Source: a virus (lineage: Duplodnaviria; Caudoviricetes). Taken from it: a DNA stretch of 35,921 nucleotides. Shown in pieces: positions 15,079 to 24,616 of this stretch (the first letter of the stretch is position 1; every line of letters begins with the position of its first letter). A program made the translations under genes and the position numbers. Where the stretch lies: positions 1 through 35,921 of IMG/VR virus record IMGVR_UViG_3300044475_000166. The stretch is one strand, 5' to 3'. The notes beneath the pieces are model-generated. The model worked only from the letters and a program-made list of their open reading frames with translations. It did no database searches and was not told the origin of the DNA.

Positions 15079-15765
15079 ATGAAATCTTTACAACTTATTC
15101 AAATGTATAATCAAATACCTCATATTAATGATGTTCTAAACTATGAGGATTCGGTAATTTCTGCATCTTTTAACCAAGTAAAAAAAAATCTTTGCAATAG
15201 AAATTGGGATACTCTGCTATCGGGTCGATTTAGTTGGTATTTAATTATTCAATTAATTGAGATGGATATAAAGAAAATACCAATTCAATTTTTAGTTAAC
15301 GAAATCGAACACCTTGAAAATCCTGATTTTGTCAAAAGTGAATTTAAACCTGCTGAGCAGTATCTGCATAATCCACTTAGAGGTCTGAAAAAGAAACATT
15401 ACGGGTCAGATAGTTGGGAAGAGTTTAAGCGTAATTGCATTAATCCTCTCACACATCAAAGAGGGGAAAGAAGAACTGGGGATGTAATAAGAAAACATTA
15501 CAAAAAAAACAATTCCATCAGCTCAACTCTTTTAAACTCATTTATTGAGTTAACATTTCAGGAAATGGTTAAAAAAGCGGAACAGGGAAAATTAACAGGA
15601 GAGTGGTTAGTATTTCATGAGTTCAATGGCAAAAACTATTACTTAGCCAAGATCCTTCATGAAGAAACTATGATAGATGATTGTGATGTAGAAAAATTAA
15701 TTCGTAACATTTGTATAGATGAGTTTCCGCAATTCAAAGGAAGTCTTCCTTTATTTGATTTTTAG
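15079..15765 (+). CDS. Hypothetical cargo protein, possible toxin/nuclease fold
   Basis: 228 aa. Motifs PLRGLKKKHY and GKLTGEWLVF....GKNYYL...HE. Confidence 0.7.
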   Translation: MKSLQLIQMYNQIPHINDVLNYEDSVISASFNQVKKNLCNRNWDTLLSGRFSWYLIIQLIEMDIKKIPIQFLVNEIEHLENPDFVKSEFKPAEQYLHNPLRGLKKKHYGSDSWEEFKRNCINPLTHQRGERRTGDVIRKHYKKNNSISSTLLNSFIELTFQEMVKKAEQGKLTGEWLVFHEFNGKNYYLAKILHEETMIDDCDVEKLIRNICIDEFPQFKGSLPLFDF

Positions 15766-15786
15766 CCGAACGTATTACGGCATATA

Positions 15787-15821
15787 AAAACCCCTCGCAT
15801 TCTAGATGTTGAGGGGTTTTT
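15787..15821 (+). terminator. Intrinsic terminator
   Basis: AAAACCCCTC...GAGGGGTTTTT. Confidence 0.75.
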
Positions 15822-15842
15822 CATTTCTTATATGGGGTGTTT

Positions 15843-16013
15843 ATGACAGACAAAGTACAAGCTAAACAAGACTTAGAATTTTGCAGTACCGAGCTGGCTA
15901 AGTACCAAAACTTAAGTCGATCGGGTTTGACTCGAAATGAGATGCTGGCGATCGATGGTATTATGATTAAGCTGAAAGAGCGGATTAAGAATTTGAGAGA
16001 AGCTTTGTGCTAA
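15843..16013 (+). CDS. 56-aa coiled-coil protein absent from the ORF track (MTDKVQAKQDLEFCSTELAKYQNLSRSG...LREALC)
   Basis: Hand translation, GGGGTG RBS. Confidence 0.7.
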   Translation: MTDKVQAKQDLEFCSTELAKYQNLSRSGLTRNEMLAIDGIMIKLKERIKNLREALC

Positions 16014-16083
16014 TAATCATATTTTATTAGTTTTAATTCTGATTAATACAATATAATCAGAGCCTTAAAATAAAGGAGGGTAC

Positions 16084-16536
16084 ATGAGAACATTATTTTT
16101 AGGCTGTTTGATTTTGTTGGTTTCCATGAGTTCAATGGCAGGTTCATATGAGCTATACAAAAAACAAGTTAGAAACAAATTGATTGGTTGTTTAAATGAG
16201 CCTGAAAACCTCAAACATTCAGCTGCACGTAATGGGTGTCTACTAGAAGCGGCTAATAATTTTGTATCTAAAGCGGATACTGAATTTAAGTTGGCTTATC
16301 AAAAAGCGAATGAATATGAAAAAAATAATCTAATAAAAGACAGAAAAATTTATGCAAACGCGTTTTCCAATTGTGAAATTTATCAGGGCTTAAGTTTTGA
16401 TGGTTTTGGCAAGGAGGCAACTTGCAAAGTTACAGTTTCAAAAGATTATTTAGGCTCATTAACCAATTCAGCGGCCTTTTTACCAGACAACTGGACTATT
16501 GAAAATAGAGTCGATAGATATATTATCGGGTATTGA
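16084..16536 (+). CDS. Secreted helical protein with 4 mature Cys
   Basis: Signal peptide MRTLFLGCLILLVSMSSMA, AAAGGAGG RBS. Confidence 0.75.
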   Translation: MRTLFLGCLILLVSMSSMAGSYELYKKQVRNKLIGCLNEPENLKHSAARNGCLLEAANNFVSKADTEFKLAYQKANEYEKNNLIKDRKIYANAFSNCEIYQGLSFDGFGKEATCKVTVSKDYLGSLTNSAAFLPDNWTIENRVDRYIIGY

Positions 16537-16542
16537 GTATCC

Positions 16543-16563
16543 AACCACCTTCGGGTGGTTTTT
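16543..16563 (+). terminator. Intrinsic terminator
   Basis: AACCACC-TTCG-GGTGGTT-TTT. Confidence 0.8.
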
Positions 16564-16659
16564 AATTGCATGGAGAAAAGTAATACTCCTTTATGATTTT
16601 GCATAATAAAAATAATGACTTATAATTAAATTTCAAACTTTATAATCGAATTAATCTAA

Positions 16660-17034
16660 ATGAAAAAATATTTATTTGCATTACTTGTAATCTGTTCAAC
16701 GGTAAATGCAGCGGATTACAGAACCCAACTTGATGGAAAGATTCTTTCTATGAATGGGGCGAAGTGTGCTGGTTTATCTTTAAAAAAGAACTCAGGTTTA
16801 TTGAGTATTGGCTCAGACCCAAATAAGTGCGAAGTAGAACTACCTACAAAGGTTAGATGGATTGATGGCTCAACTTTTATATTAATCGAAAGTAATCGAA
16901 TTAATGAAATTAGCCCGCCAAGAACTTTTCTCTATAAAGTCAAATCGATTAATGGTAATAAGGTGGTGTTGACGGAAATTTGGACAGGTTGGAATAATTA
17001 TCCGGATTCAGATTCAAGTTATACACTCAAATAA
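16660..17034 (+). CDS. Secreted beta-rich protein
   Basis: Signal peptide MKKYLFALLVICSTVNA. Own promoter TTGCAT-16 bp-TATAAT (16599-16626) and terminator at ~17050-17072. Confidence 0.78.
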   Translation: MKKYLFALLVICSTVNAADYRTQLDGKILSMNGAKCAGLSLKKNSGLLSIGSDPNKCEVELPTKVRWIDGSTFILIESNRINEISPPRTFLYKVKSINGNKVVLTEIWTGWNNYPDSDSSYTLK

Positions 17035-17086
17035 TTTATATTTAAAAACGCCTCCTTCTGGAGGTTTTTTTTATTGGGCGTGATTT

Positions 17087-17563
17087 ATGGATGAAAAAGC
17101 CTACTTCTGGAAAACTAAAAAACGCCCACCTAAAACTAAGCCCCGAGCAAAACCATTACCTAAGGCAAAACTGAAATATTTAGAAGCTGAAGAAGACTTT
17201 CAGCAGGCTTTAGATGTCTTAGGTATCAAGTACGAGAAGAAGTTTCACTTCAAATCTACAAAACATTGGCGTTTTGATTTTCATTTAATTGAACATCGAA
17301 TTCTGGTTGAAATTTCAGGTGGACCTTGGTCAGGTGGTCGCCGTGGCAAATTAGCAAATAAAGCTTGGAGCGTGGATCGATATGATCATGCTGCCGAGAT
17401 GGGTTTTACTGTTGTTCGATTAGAGTCTGCCAACAGATACAAGATTAATGAATTTGGCTCATTACAGATAGAAGCTCAATTCGCATATCAATGGCTTAAA
17501 AACTTAAAGAGAGAATCATTCAATGGACCAGATCAGACCATTCCCGCCAACGGATCTGATTGA
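17087..17563 (+). CDS. DUF559/Vsr-like endonuclease-fold phage protein
   Basis: WRFDF, ILVEISGG, A..MGFTVVR. Confidence 0.7.
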   Translation: MDEKAYFWKTKKRPPKTKPRAKPLPKAKLKYLEAEEDFQQALDVLGIKYEKKFHFKSTKHWRFDFHLIEHRILVEISGGPWSGGRRGKLANKAWSVDRYDHAAEMGFTVVRLESANRYKINEFGSLQIEAQFAYQWLKNLKRESFNGPDQTIPANGSD

Positions 17564-18164
17564 TCAGGCGGAGGAAGAAGAAGCGATTCGACTTGCACCC
17601 GCCGTGGAATTAAAAGACTGGGTGATTAAAAACTTCTTAACGCTTGGTGGTGAACTTCATAACCCAGACCATGACCATATTGCTGAGCTGCTTCACGATG
17701 ACGAAACATTCTTAGCATTTGCTTGGGCATCATCTGCATGTATGGCAAAGAAACGTATGGTGCTTGGTCAATGTGAAAAAGTGATGTTTAACCAAGGTGG
17801 CTGGAAGAAAGCACGCCAGGAACAACAGATGCGGGATTGGTTTGGTTATGTGCCTGTTTATCTAATCACTATCGATGCAAGCTTTTGTGAAAACTCTAAT
17901 GATCGTGATTTCTGTGCATTGATCGAGCATGAACTTTATCACATTGGTGTTGAGCGTGACGAAGATGGTGAAATCATCTATAGCGACCATACAGGCTTAC
18001 CAAAGCATTATTTGGCTGGCCACGATGTAGAAGAGTTCATTGGTGTAGTCAAGCGCTGGGGAGCAAACGAGAACGTACAAAGGCTTGTTGAAGTCGCTAA
18101 GCAAGCGCCGTTTGTATCAGAGAAGAATATTGCTGCGTGTTGTGGGACCTGCATCATAAGTTAA
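17523..18164 (+). CDS. Phage putative metallopeptidase
   Basis: CALIEHELYHI (HExxH), HDVEEF.GVV.R.G. Confidence 0.85.
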   Translation: MDQIRPFPPTDLIDQAEEEEAIRLAPAVELKDWVIKNFLTLGGELHNPDHDHIAELLHDDETFLAFAWASSACMAKKRMVLGQCEKVMFNQGGWKKARQEQQMRDWFGYVPVYLITIDASFCENSNDRDFCALIEHELYHIGVERDEDGEIIYSDHTGLPKHYLAGHDVEEFIGVVKRWGANENVQRLVEVAKQAPFVSEKNIAACCGTCIIS

Positions 18165-18209
18165 TTTTTTTGCCCGTCTTCCTTGACGTACCTTGACGGA
18201 TAGAGAGAA

Positions 18210-18677
18210 ATGGCATCACTTAATAAAAAGCAAAAATACTTTATAGTGCGGTCACTTGCGGTATTTAATACCCCACAAGAAACAGTGACCCTCGTCAAGG
18301 AAGAATTTAACATCGATGTTTCAAGACAGCAGGTTGAAAGTTATGACCCAACCAAACGTGCTGGGAAAGATTTAAGCATTGAATTAAAGGGTGAGTTTGA
18401 ATTAGCGCGCAAAGAATTCTTAGACACTCCTCAAAACATTCCAATTGCAAATTTATCTGTTCGTTTGCAGCGTTTAGAAAATCAATATCAAAAGCATGGT
18501 AAGAACCGTGTAGCCGCATTGAGTATTCTTAAACAAGCAGCCGAAGATATGGGTGGCAAATACACCAATAAACAAGAGATCACTGGCGCTGATGGTGGAC
18601 CACTACAAACTACGACCGTTCAAGCAACCCAAGAGCAAGTAAATGAAGCTGTGAGGAAAGCCCAAGAGGAATACTAA
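18210..18677 (+). CDS. terS: Terminase small subunit (DUF2280-like)
   Basis: FIVRSLA.FNTP, SRQQVESYDPTK, EITGADGGPL. Abuts terL. Confidence 0.82.
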   Translation: MASLNKKQKYFIVRSLAVFNTPQETVTLVKEEFNIDVSRQQVESYDPTKRAGKDLSIELKGEFELARKEFLDTPQNIPIANLSVRLQRLENQYQKHGKNRVAALSILKQAAEDMGGKYTNKQEITGADGGPLQTTTVQATQEQVNEAVRKAQEEY

Positions 18678-20216
18678 ATGGATCTACAAACACAGGTAGA
18701 GAAAAAGCTGTGTGAGGATGAACATTTATATTTCACACGAAGATTCTTTAAGCCTCGAATGGGTTTCAAGTTCATGGTGAATTGGCACCACCAATACGTT
18801 GCATGGCTCATCGATGAGGTAATCAAGGGCAATATTGCCAACTTGGTGATTAACGTTCCTCCTGGTGCGGGTAAAACAGAATTAACGACAAACTTGATAC
18901 CACGAGGGCTTGCGCTTAATGCTCGTTCTCGCTTCCTGTATTTGTCATTCTCACAGTCTTTGGTCGAAGGGGTGTCTGATACAGCGCGTGACATAGTGAA
19001 GTCTAAGGACTTCCAAGCAATGTGGAATCTACAGGTATCGAATAGCACTGACTCAAAGAAAGAATGGAAGATTACCGTAGATGATTACGATGTTGGTCAT
19101 ATCTACGTTGCTTCGATGGGTGGTCAGGTCACTGGTCGCCGTGCAGGTACCTTAGCTGAACAGGGCTTTACGGGTTGTATCATTATTGATGATCCACTTA
19201 AGCCTGAAGATGCCTTTAGTAAGATCAAGCGCGACTCAGCAAACCGTAAGATTCTAAATACGGTGAACTCACGTAAAGCCAAGTCTGACACACCAATCAT
19301 CATGATCATGCAAAGACTACATGTTGAAGATCCAACGAACTTTGTGATGACTGGCAATTTGCCCGGTGACTGGGAGCAGGTTTCTATTCCAGCATTGATT
19401 GATGAAGCTTACATAGAGACATTGCCCGATCATATTCAGCGACTGGTACCACGAGATGTGGAGCAAGATGAAAAAGGACGTCAAAGTTACTGGCCTCAGA
19501 AAGAAACCTTGAGATCTTTGCTGCAACTTGAAAAAGGTGGGCAAGACAAAGAGGGTGCAACGGTATCTCGCTATACCTTCAGCAGCCAGTACATGCAGAA
19601 TCCGAAAAAACTGGGTGGCGACTTAATCAAGGCTGAATGGTTTGGATCTTATAAGGATTTACCGCCATTACAGTGGCGTGCCATCTATGTCGATACAGCT
19701 CAGAAGATCAAAGAGCACAACGACTTTACCGTGTTTCTTTTGGTTGGATTGGGCAATGATGGGAAACTTTATCTAATTGATCTACTCAGAGGTAAATGGG
19801 AAGCCCCTGAGATGAATAGACAAGCGAAGGCATTTATCGATAAGCATAAGGACTATACCTACGAGACTAGACCTATACGCTGGATGAAGGTCGAGGATAA
19901 AGCGCACGGTACCCAATTGATTCAAAACCTCGGCACCTATGCAGGTGTGCCAGTTATTCCAGTGCAGCGAAGCACAGACAAGTTGACACGTTTTATGGAC
20001 ATTCAGGTACCACTCGAAAACGACTTTGAAAATAAACCAGATGATCGTTTTGTATTACTGCCAACCAATGCGCCGTGGGTTGCGGCATTCATTGAGGAGT
20101 GTGAGTCCTTCAATGCTGCGATGACGCAAGATCACGATGACCAAGTGGATACGCTGATCGATGCAGTTGAAGAAGCAACAGTGATGCAGAACTATCAAGC
20201 ACCAATGACAGGTTAA
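18678..20216 (+). CDS. terL: Terminase large subunit
   Basis: INVPPGAGKT (Walker A), IIIDDP (Walker B), IMQRLH, QYMQNP, YVDTA, HDDQVD. Confidence 0.96.
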   Translation: MDLQTQVEKKLCEDEHLYFTRRFFKPRMGFKFMVNWHHQYVAWLIDEVIKGNIANLVINVPPGAGKTELTTNLIPRGLALNARSRFLYLSFSQSLVEGVSDTARDIVKSKDFQAMWNLQVSNSTDSKKEWKITVDDYDVGHIYVASMGGQVTGRRAGTLAEQGFTGCIIIDDPLKPEDAFSKIKRDSANRKILNTVNSRKAKSDTPIIMIMQRLHVEDPTNFVMTGNLPGDWEQVSIPALIDEAYIETLPDHIQRLVPRDVEQDEKGRQSYWPQKETLRSLLQLEKGGQDKEGATVSRYTFSSQYMQNPKKLGGDLIKAEWFGSYKDLPPLQWRAIYVDTAQKIKEHNDFTVFLLVGLGNDGKLYLIDLLRGKWEAPEMNRQAKAFIDKHKDYTYETRPIRWMKVEDKAHGTQLIQNLGTYAGVPVIPVQRSTDKLTRFMDIQVPLENDFENKPDDRFVLLPTNAPWVAAFIEECESFNAAMTQDHDDQVDTLIDAVEEATVMQNYQAPMTG

Positions 20217-20219
20217 ATT

Positions 20220-21716
20220 ATGGCGAAGAAAGACAAAAAGAAGGAATCGAATAATCCCCAAGCAGTTGGGGGTTATTTGTATTCACAGCAAGCTGAAATG
20301 GCATTTCTGAACTTTCTGACACGTATGCCTGATCTGGATGAGGTGTTAAGAAAGGCGGGTGTGCCGCGTCATAGACTATCTGTATTGATGTATGACGATG
20401 AAATCTATCAGTGCGTTGAGAAGCGTCAGGATAAGCTTGAAGCTGCTCCATTTCGCTTAGAACCATCGGAAGGGTTACCTGCTCAAATTATTAGCAGTGA
20501 ACTTAAAAAGTGGTGGTCTGAACTGGTCTTAGGCACTCAAGATGCGCGCTGGTATGGCTACTCAGTTCTTGAAGCTGTTTATACCAAACCTGAAAATCCA
20601 TCGTTATTCATTGAAGGTCCCAACATCACCACATTCATTGGCTGGCAATGGGTGGGTAAAAAGCCCATGCAGTGGTTTGAGCCTAAGAATGATGGTCGTT
20701 TGATGCTACTGCAAAACTACAATGATCAGCGCCGTGATATTGAGTGCAATCAACAGTTCAAGCATTTCTTGACGCAGTGTAAGCCAAGTTTTGAAAACCC
20801 CTATGGTGAGGCTTTATTTAGTCGTCTGTATTGGCTGTGGTTCTTCAAGAATGGAACCACAAAGTTCTGGGCAAAGTTTGTAGAGCGCTTTGGTAATCCA
20901 CTATTGGTGGGTAAATCAAGTAAAAGTGTTGAAGGGATGTTAAAGGCGCTGCTGAATGCTCACGCAAGCTCGGTCATGTCGATTAATGAAAATGAGTCGG
21001 TGGAGGTACTTTCTGCTTCATCAAGTGGTAACGGTGGATCTACAGCATTTGAGAGCTTTGATAAGAAGATTGAGCGAAGCATTCAAAAGCTCGTGCTTGG
21101 ACAGACCCTAACAAGTGGTACGGATGGAGCAGGATCTAGAGCCTTAGGTGAGGTGCACTTAGAGGTTCAGAATAATAAGGTTGATGCTGATATTCGGATG
21201 ATTACCTCAACCATCCAAGCGATGATTGATGCGATTTGCGCATTGAACAACTGGGAACGCCATATCATCGTCATAGGTGATGAGAAATCCTTGAATGCCT
21301 CTAAGGCTGATCGTGATGTGAAGCTGAAGAACGCAGGTGCCAACCTGACGAATCAGTACTTCCTTCGGGAGTATGGATTGCAAGATGGCGATGTTGCTGA
21401 TGCACCTCAAATCGCCGTGCCGTCACAGTTTAAAGCTCTCCCACAAAGAGCCTTTAGCTTTGCCGCCAGTACCAAGAAACTCTCACCCGAGCAGCAAGAA
21501 GTTGAAGAACTTACAGATGGCCAGCGCTCAATAGATTTGCTGGATCAGAAGCAAGTGAATGAGCTGATTCAGTCCAGTGAGACGCCTGAGGCTTTGGCAT
21601 TCAATCTCATGCGGCTGATGTCAGGTGCAAGCGAAAGTCAATTTACGGCCAATCTTGAAATGGCACTGTATGCAGCGGATGTGCTGGGGTATGTCACGGC
21701 AAGTGGGGATAAATGA
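20220..21716 (+). CDS. Portal protein (Mu gp29/DUF935-like)
   Basis: YGYSVLE, NPYGEAL, W.KFVERFG.P, KLVLGQTLTS, SRALGEVH.EV. Confidence 0.9.
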   Translation: MAKKDKKKESNNPQAVGGYLYSQQAEMAFLNFLTRMPDLDEVLRKAGVPRHRLSVLMYDDEIYQCVEKRQDKLEAAPFRLEPSEGLPAQIISSELKKWWSELVLGTQDARWYGYSVLEAVYTKPENPSLFIEGPNITTFIGWQWVGKKPMQWFEPKNDGRLMLLQNYNDQRRDIECNQQFKHFLTQCKPSFENPYGEALFSRLYWLWFFKNGTTKFWAKFVERFGNPLLVGKSSKSVEGMLKALLNAHASSVMSINENESVEVLSASSSGNGGSTAFESFDKKIERSIQKLVLGQTLTSGTDGAGSRALGEVHLEVQNNKVDADIRMITSTIQAMIDAICALNNWERHIIVIGDEKSLNASKADRDVKLKNAGANLTNQYFLREYGLQDGDVADAPQIAVPSQFKALPQRAFSFAASTKKLSPEQQEVEELTDGQRSIDLLDQKQVNELIQSSETPEALAFNLMRLMSGASESQFTANLEMALYAADVLGYVTASGDK

Positions 21717-22918
21717 AACCAATCACTTTTTTAGAGGCTCTGCATTTCGCTCAGTCTCGAAAAATCGTATTGCCTGATGAGTTCTACTCAATGGATCTCA
21801 AAACACGGCAATTGGCGACTACAGTGAGTTTTCTGTCTGGGATTGAGCAGGTTGAGACAGTCATTAAATCACTGAATAAGACTTTGGCTGAAGGCGGAAC
21901 GTTCAATGACTTCCAGAAGTTAGTTGAAGAAAATGAGATCGTGCTGAGTAAGTATTATCTCAAGAATGTATTCCGCACCAATATCCAGACAGCTTATGGT
22001 CACGGACGTTGGCAACAGCAGCAGAAGAATAAGGTAAAACGACCTTATTTGATGTATTCAGCGATTGATGACACAAGGGTGCGTCCGAGTCATTTGGCAT
22101 TGAATCGAATCATTCGGCATATTGATGATCCTTTTTGGCTGTTGTACTACCCGCCGTGGGGATTTATGTGCCGGTGCACTGTGATTGCCTTGACCGAGAA
22201 GGAGGCTCAAAAGCTTGGCATTACTTCTGATGAAGACTTGCCTCAAGTCGCCGCAGATATGGGGTGGTCTACCAGTCCTTTGACCTATGGTGAGATGCAG
22301 GACGTAGTGGATCAAAAGATTGCTGACTCAATTTTGGATAAGGAATATCTGCTTGAGCAGAAACAAGCAATACAAGCCGAATGGACTGCAAGCAAGAAGT
22401 TGTTGAGCCTGTTATCTCCAATGAATGATTCCAGTCGAGATCTATTCAACACGATTGCTGACACCGTGGTACCACTTGATCCGACACTTAGACCAAGCGC
22501 GATCAAAACGCTGGTGGATTATGTACAGGGGAATGATGCCGCATTAACGGCTTATGTTCAGAAACCTGCTATCTCACTGGCAGAGGAAGTGCTTAAGCGT
22601 TGGGTCAAAGATGATATGGCCAAGATTCAGGCTGTATCTGCAAATGCCATGGATCTAGTTACAGGATCTACAACACTGGCTTATGCGGCTTCGCTTGAAG
22701 TGGGTAAAGTTATTACCTTGGATTCGCCGTTACTACTTACAGGTGCACAGTCAAATATAGTAATTCAAATCGAGAATGCAAAAGGTTTGGGTATTGATCT
22801 TGAAAAGCTCAATGCGGGGCAAGGTGTGTTGTTTGAAATAGGGTTGTCGTTTGAAGTTGTTTCTGTGGAAATGGCGGAGGGGAAAATGGTTTATTTGCTT
22901 AAAGCTTTGCGTAATTAA
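21713..22918 (+). CDS. MuF-like minor head protein with C-terminal extension
   Basis: VFRTNIQTAY..GRW, YSAIDD.RVRPSH, DDPFW...PP.GFMCRC, plus ~200 extra aa. Confidence 0.88.
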   Translation: MKPITFLEALHFAQSRKIVLPDEFYSMDLKTRQLATTVSFLSGIEQVETVIKSLNKTLAEGGTFNDFQKLVEENEIVLSKYYLKNVFRTNIQTAYGHGRWQQQQKNKVKRPYLMYSAIDDTRVRPSHLALNRIIRHIDDPFWLLYYPPWGFMCRCTVIALTEKEAQKLGITSDEDLPQVAADMGWSTSPLTYGEMQDVVDQKIADSILDKEYLLEQKQAIQAEWTASKKLLSLLSPMNDSSRDLFNTIADTVVPLDPTLRPSAIKTLVDYVQGNDAALTAYVQKPAISLAEEVLKRWVKDDMAKIQAVSANAMDLVTGSTTLAYAASLEVGKVITLDSPLLLTGAQSNIVIQIENAKGLGIDLEKLNAGQGVLFEIGLSFEVVSVEMAEGKMVYLLKALRN

Positions 22919-22963
22919 CTTTCTATATTAGATTAGGCTCACAATTTACTTACTAATCATAAT

Positions 22964-23578
22964 ATGGAATTAACCACAATTATTTTATCAGTTCTAGGGT
23001 CAATTGTTGTGCCTCTACTGATTGCCTTTTGGACTTTGAAAAGCTCATCTAAGAAGCATCCTAAAGATCTTTATCTTGAAGATGTCAATATTGCAGAAAA
23101 GTTTGAAATTAGTTTGTCTTCTAATCAACCTATGTTCGTAAAAGATAGAATGGCTCAGCAACTATTTGAAACCAAAAAAATTACATACTTTGAGGCTTTA
23201 TATTTTTACAACTTTATTGATATGGAAAAATGGGTTGCTAAATATATAGATGTACGTGATGAGCTTAAATTGGTTCGGAACTCTAAGGGGGAAATCTTAA
23301 AAATTCATCTCCCGCATTCTCGTAAAAAAGTTATTCGATTTACTCTAGGATACATCTGCTTTGCACTCTTGGGGTTAATGCCTTTTCTATTCATAAATTG
23401 GTATACCGAGGCATATTCAACCAGTCTAGAATCTAGACAATATCTTTATGTTTTTAATCTAATCATATGGCCAATCTTATTTTTCATATATGCGCTCAAA
23501 TTCTTGATTGATGGCATTAAATATAATGATGCCAAGAGATTTGTGAAAAAGTTTGAAGCTGAGGCAATAAAAGTCTAA
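22964..23578 (+). CDS. AT-rich membrane protein moron (~3 TM)
   Basis: One N-terminal and two C-terminal hydrophobic helices. Candidate promoter TTGCGT-16 bp-TAGATT (22907-22934). Followed by a terminator. Confidence 0.75.
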   Translation: MELTTIILSVLGSIVVPLLIAFWTLKSSSKKHPKDLYLEDVNIAEKFEISLSSNQPMFVKDRMAQQLFETKKITYFEALYFYNFIDMEKWVAKYIDVRDELKLVRNSKGEILKIHLPHSRKKVIRFTLGYICFALLGLMPFLFINWYTEAYSTSLESRQYLYVFNLIIWPILFFIYALKFLIDGIKYNDAKRFVKKFEAEAIKV

Positions 23579-23591
23579 GCCTATTTGAAAT

Positions 23592-23619
23592 AGACCGCTC
23601 CGTTTGGGGCGGTTTTTTT
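23592..23619 (+). terminator. Intrinsic terminator
   Basis: ACCGCTCC-GTTT-GGGGCGGT-TTTTTT. Confidence 0.85.
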
Positions 23620-23626
23620 ATGGAGC

Positions 23627-24613
23627 ATGAAAATGCCAGAACAAAATGAAGAACGCTTGAAATACCTATTCAATGCATCAGCCATTGAGGTGCCTAAAGC
23701 AGAAGAAGGGCAAAAGCGGAAATTCAATGGTACCGCTTATGCTGGTGGGCGAGTCGATGGTCATTGGTACTGGGGGCGTTCAGGAGTTGTATTTGATCTT
23801 GATGGTATTGAGATCGATAGACCTACAGCGTTGCTTGAAGAACACTTCAGTTCAAGTCGCATCGGTGTGGTACGAGAAGTCGATACCAACGGAAAAATCA
23901 ATGTATCAGGAGACTTTCTAACCAATACCAAGGCACAAGAAATCGTACAGGATTCTGACGATGGGTTTCCATTTCAGATGTCCATGATGATTGATCCAGG
24001 TTCTATCGAAGAGGTGGCTCAAGGTAAACAAGTGGTTGTGAATGGTCAATCATTTGAAGGTCCAGTCACAGTATTCCGACAAAACCGTATTCGTGAGTTC
24101 ACGATCTGTTCTACAGGTGCTGACCGCAATACATCAATCAAAGCCTTCTCAGGCAAAGCTAACCCCAACCCAACCAAAGAGGAAACGGACGTGACCGAAC
24201 TCGAACAGGCGAAAGCCGCACAGAAAAAAGCAGAAGAAGAACGCGATGCTGCACAGAATGAGCTGAAAAAGTTCAAAGCGGATAAGCGTGAAGAAGACAT
24301 TAAATTGCTTGAAACGTCTTTGAATAAGCAATTCAGTGCTGATGAAAAAACGTCATATACCAATATGGATGATGCGACTTTCGCCTTTATGTCACAGCAG
24401 TTAAAACAGTTCTCAGGACAGCAGCCTGCCTCACCACCTGCAGGTCAGCAACAACAGCAAACCAACGCAGTTCCGCCTCATTTACAGCACTTGTTTAGCC
24501 ATCAAGCTACAGGTGGTCAGGGTGGACAGCAGGGGCAAGGTGGTAACGGCAATGAACAGCATCGCTTCACATCTGGTGCACAAGCATTCGCATCACAAAA
24601 CAAAGGGGCTTAA
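23627..24613 (+). CDS. Prohead protease / scaffold
   Basis: F.GTAYAG, LLEEH, FPFQMSM, IREFTIC..GAD..T, then coiled-coil and Q/G-rich tail. Confidence 0.8.
   Translation: MKMPEQNEERLKYLFNASAIEVPKAEEGQKRKFNGTAYAGGRVDGHWYWGRSGVVFDLDGIEIDRPTALLEEHFSSSRIGVVREVDTNGKINVSGDFLTNTKAQEIVQDSDDGFPFQMSMMIDPGSIEEVAQGKQVVVNGQSFEGPVTVFRQNRIREFTICSTGADRNTSIKAFSGKANPNPTKEETDVTELEQAKAAQKKAEEERDAAQNELKKFKADKREEDIKLLETSLNKQFSADEKTSYTNMDDATFAFMSQQLKQFSGQQPASPPAGQQQQQTNAVPPHLQHLFSHQATGGQGGQQGQGGNGNEQHRFTSGAQAFASQNKGA
24191..24613 (+). CDS. Nested in-frame scaffolding protein
   Basis: AAAGAGGAAACGGAC-GTG, in frame, at the protease/coiled-coil boundary. Confidence 0.55.
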   Translation: MTELEQAKAAQKKAEEERDAAQNELKKFKADKREEDIKLLETSLNKQFSADEKTSYTNMDDATFAFMSQQLKQFSGQQPASPPAGQQQQQTNAVPPHLQHLFSHQATGGQGGQQGQGGNGNEQHRFTSGAQAFASQNKGA

Positions 24614-24616
24614 TTC

